Assembly: GCA_963729625.1 (NCBI GenBank)
Contig: CAVSOU010000008.1
Coordinates: 960,001 to 1,024,000, forward strand
Origin: an uncultured bacterium
GTDB lineage: Bacteria > Chloroflexota > UBA5177 > JANWHV01
Length of the DNA: 64,000 nucleotides
Direction of reading: 5' to 3'
A program made the translations under genes and the position numbers. Positions 63,014 through 64,000 of the stretch are shown piece by piece; the stretch's first letter is position 1, and each line of letters starts with the position of its first letter. The notes under the pieces were generated by a model. It was not told the origin of the DNA. It searched no databases and worked only from the letters and a program-made list of their open reading frames with translations.

Positions 63014-63650
63014 ATGGATGTGATCTGGCTGCTCGTCTATTGGCTTGTCCTGCTGACCGCGATCTACGTGGCGTACTCGGCAGTGCGCGAAGCCGAGCAA
63101 TCGCTGCTACGTCGGCCGCTCTCGGTCCTGCTGACGCTCGCCGCGGTGGCGGCTGGGACCGGCTTGCTGATCGGCGCATTCAACCTCGTCACGAATAACT
63201 ACGTGGCGGGGAACTCGAGCTACCTCAACTACTATTCCAACGGGGCCCTGGCCCGAAGTGATCTCCGTGCTGCTGGCACTGGGGTCGGGATGGCTCATCA
63301 GGCGCGACGTGCTGGTCCGTGTCGGTCAGGGCCTGTGTCCCCGGTGCGGCACGCCGCTGCTCGGCCATAGCGCGTGTCCGAGTTGCGGCTGGGGCTCGCT
63401 TCCCTTGTTCAGTGCGCTGGTCGCGATGGTTCGTCGGACCATCCAGACGCCAGGGGTGTCCTCGGCTCCTGCTCCAACCGTACGTGCGCTGCCACCTGTG
63501 ACGCCAACCGCCGGCGCCGTTGCAGCGGCAGGCGGCGCGAGCCCGGCGGCTTCGCCGGCCGCTTTCTGTATCATGTGCGGCAGTCCAGTACCGCCGGGCC
63601 AGACGTTCTGCGGTAGTTGCGGCACACCCGTGCAGAGCGAAGGCTCGTAA
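63014..63650 (+). CDS. membrane protein with two zinc ribbons (frameshift ~63252)
   Basis: GGAGG RBS; ORFs 63014 and 63258 join at GALA/EVIS; CPRCG..CPSCG and CIMCG..FCGSCG. Confidence 0.7.
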
Positions 63651-63662
63651 GAGGCGCCTGCC

Positions 63663-64000
63663 ATGCCGGCCTGTGCTCATTGCGGAAGCACCAACCCGCC
63701 CGGCGCGCGGTTCTGCGGACAATGCAGTGGCGCGCTTACCGGCGCGACGGCCGTGGCCCATACGTGTGCAGACTGCGGCGGCAGCATAGCCGACGACGGT
63801 CTGAGCTGTCCACGGTGTGCCCGGCATGTTCAGACCGGCGTGGCCGCTCCCGCCGGGGATGAGGCGCTGCGCAGCGGCACCGTGCTTGCCGGGCGCTATA
63901 CCGTCGTCCGCGCGCTGGGTCGTGGCGGTATGGGCACCGTCTATGAGGTCACCGATGGTCGCCTGGGGGGCAAGCGGTGGGCCCTAAAGCTCATGACCAG
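63663..64000 (+). CDS. double zinc-ribbon Ser/Thr protein kinase (runs off window)
   Basis: MPACAHCG...FCGQC...CADCG..CPRC, then GTVLAGRYTVVRALGRGGMGTVYEVTD...WALK. Confidence 0.85.
   Translation, partial: MPACAHCGSTNPPGARFCGQCSGALTGATAVAHTCADCGGSIADDGLSCPRCARHVQTGVAAPAGDEALRSGTVLAGRYTVVRALGRGGMGTVYEVTDGRLGGKRWALKLMT

Noticed and set aside
8775-63255. Programmed frameshifting or phase variation at ~8779, 9465, 15452, 52906 and 63252
   Set aside because: All are plus or minus one base in 2-3-nt runs, with no slippery heptamer or long tract. Sequencing indels are the simpler explanation and reads are needed to decide.
1-64000. rRNA, tRNA or riboswitch genes
   Set aside because: None recognised by eye; a covariance-model scan would be needed to exclude small RNAs in the long leaders.

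Overview
High-GC bacterial accessory region, Chloroflexota/Actinomycetota-like by gene style (inference only). It consists almost entirely of secreted, lipoprotein or membrane-anchored modular proteins: Kelch, TolB/WD40, NHL, BNR/Ycf48 and Vgb beta-propellers, Ig-like and jelly-roll modules, C39-like and permuted papain-like domains, DUF3160, GH3 and SGNH. It also holds two Hanks Ser/Thr kinases, two FHA-FHA-ABC (Rv1747-like) exporters, many zinc-ribbon proteins and one AfsR/SARP-like wHTH-BTAD-cyclase-like-NB-ARC regulator. The main signal is a fixed promoter motif, CCTAAYG-N4-CCTAATG-N9-TANNNT, usually with an extended -10 TG. It occurs 13 times, always pointing into a transcription unit, and its geometry matches SARP/OmpR-type boxes, so the window reads as one co-regulated surface/secretion regulon. 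Several unannotated domains are shuffled between these genes. Also present are an IS3-family element, an IS1380-family element, an ISAzo13 fragment, a ParE-RHH toxin-antitoxin pair and a Uma2 gene. Many single-base frameshifts look like sequencing indels. All calls come from motif reading; no database searches were run.
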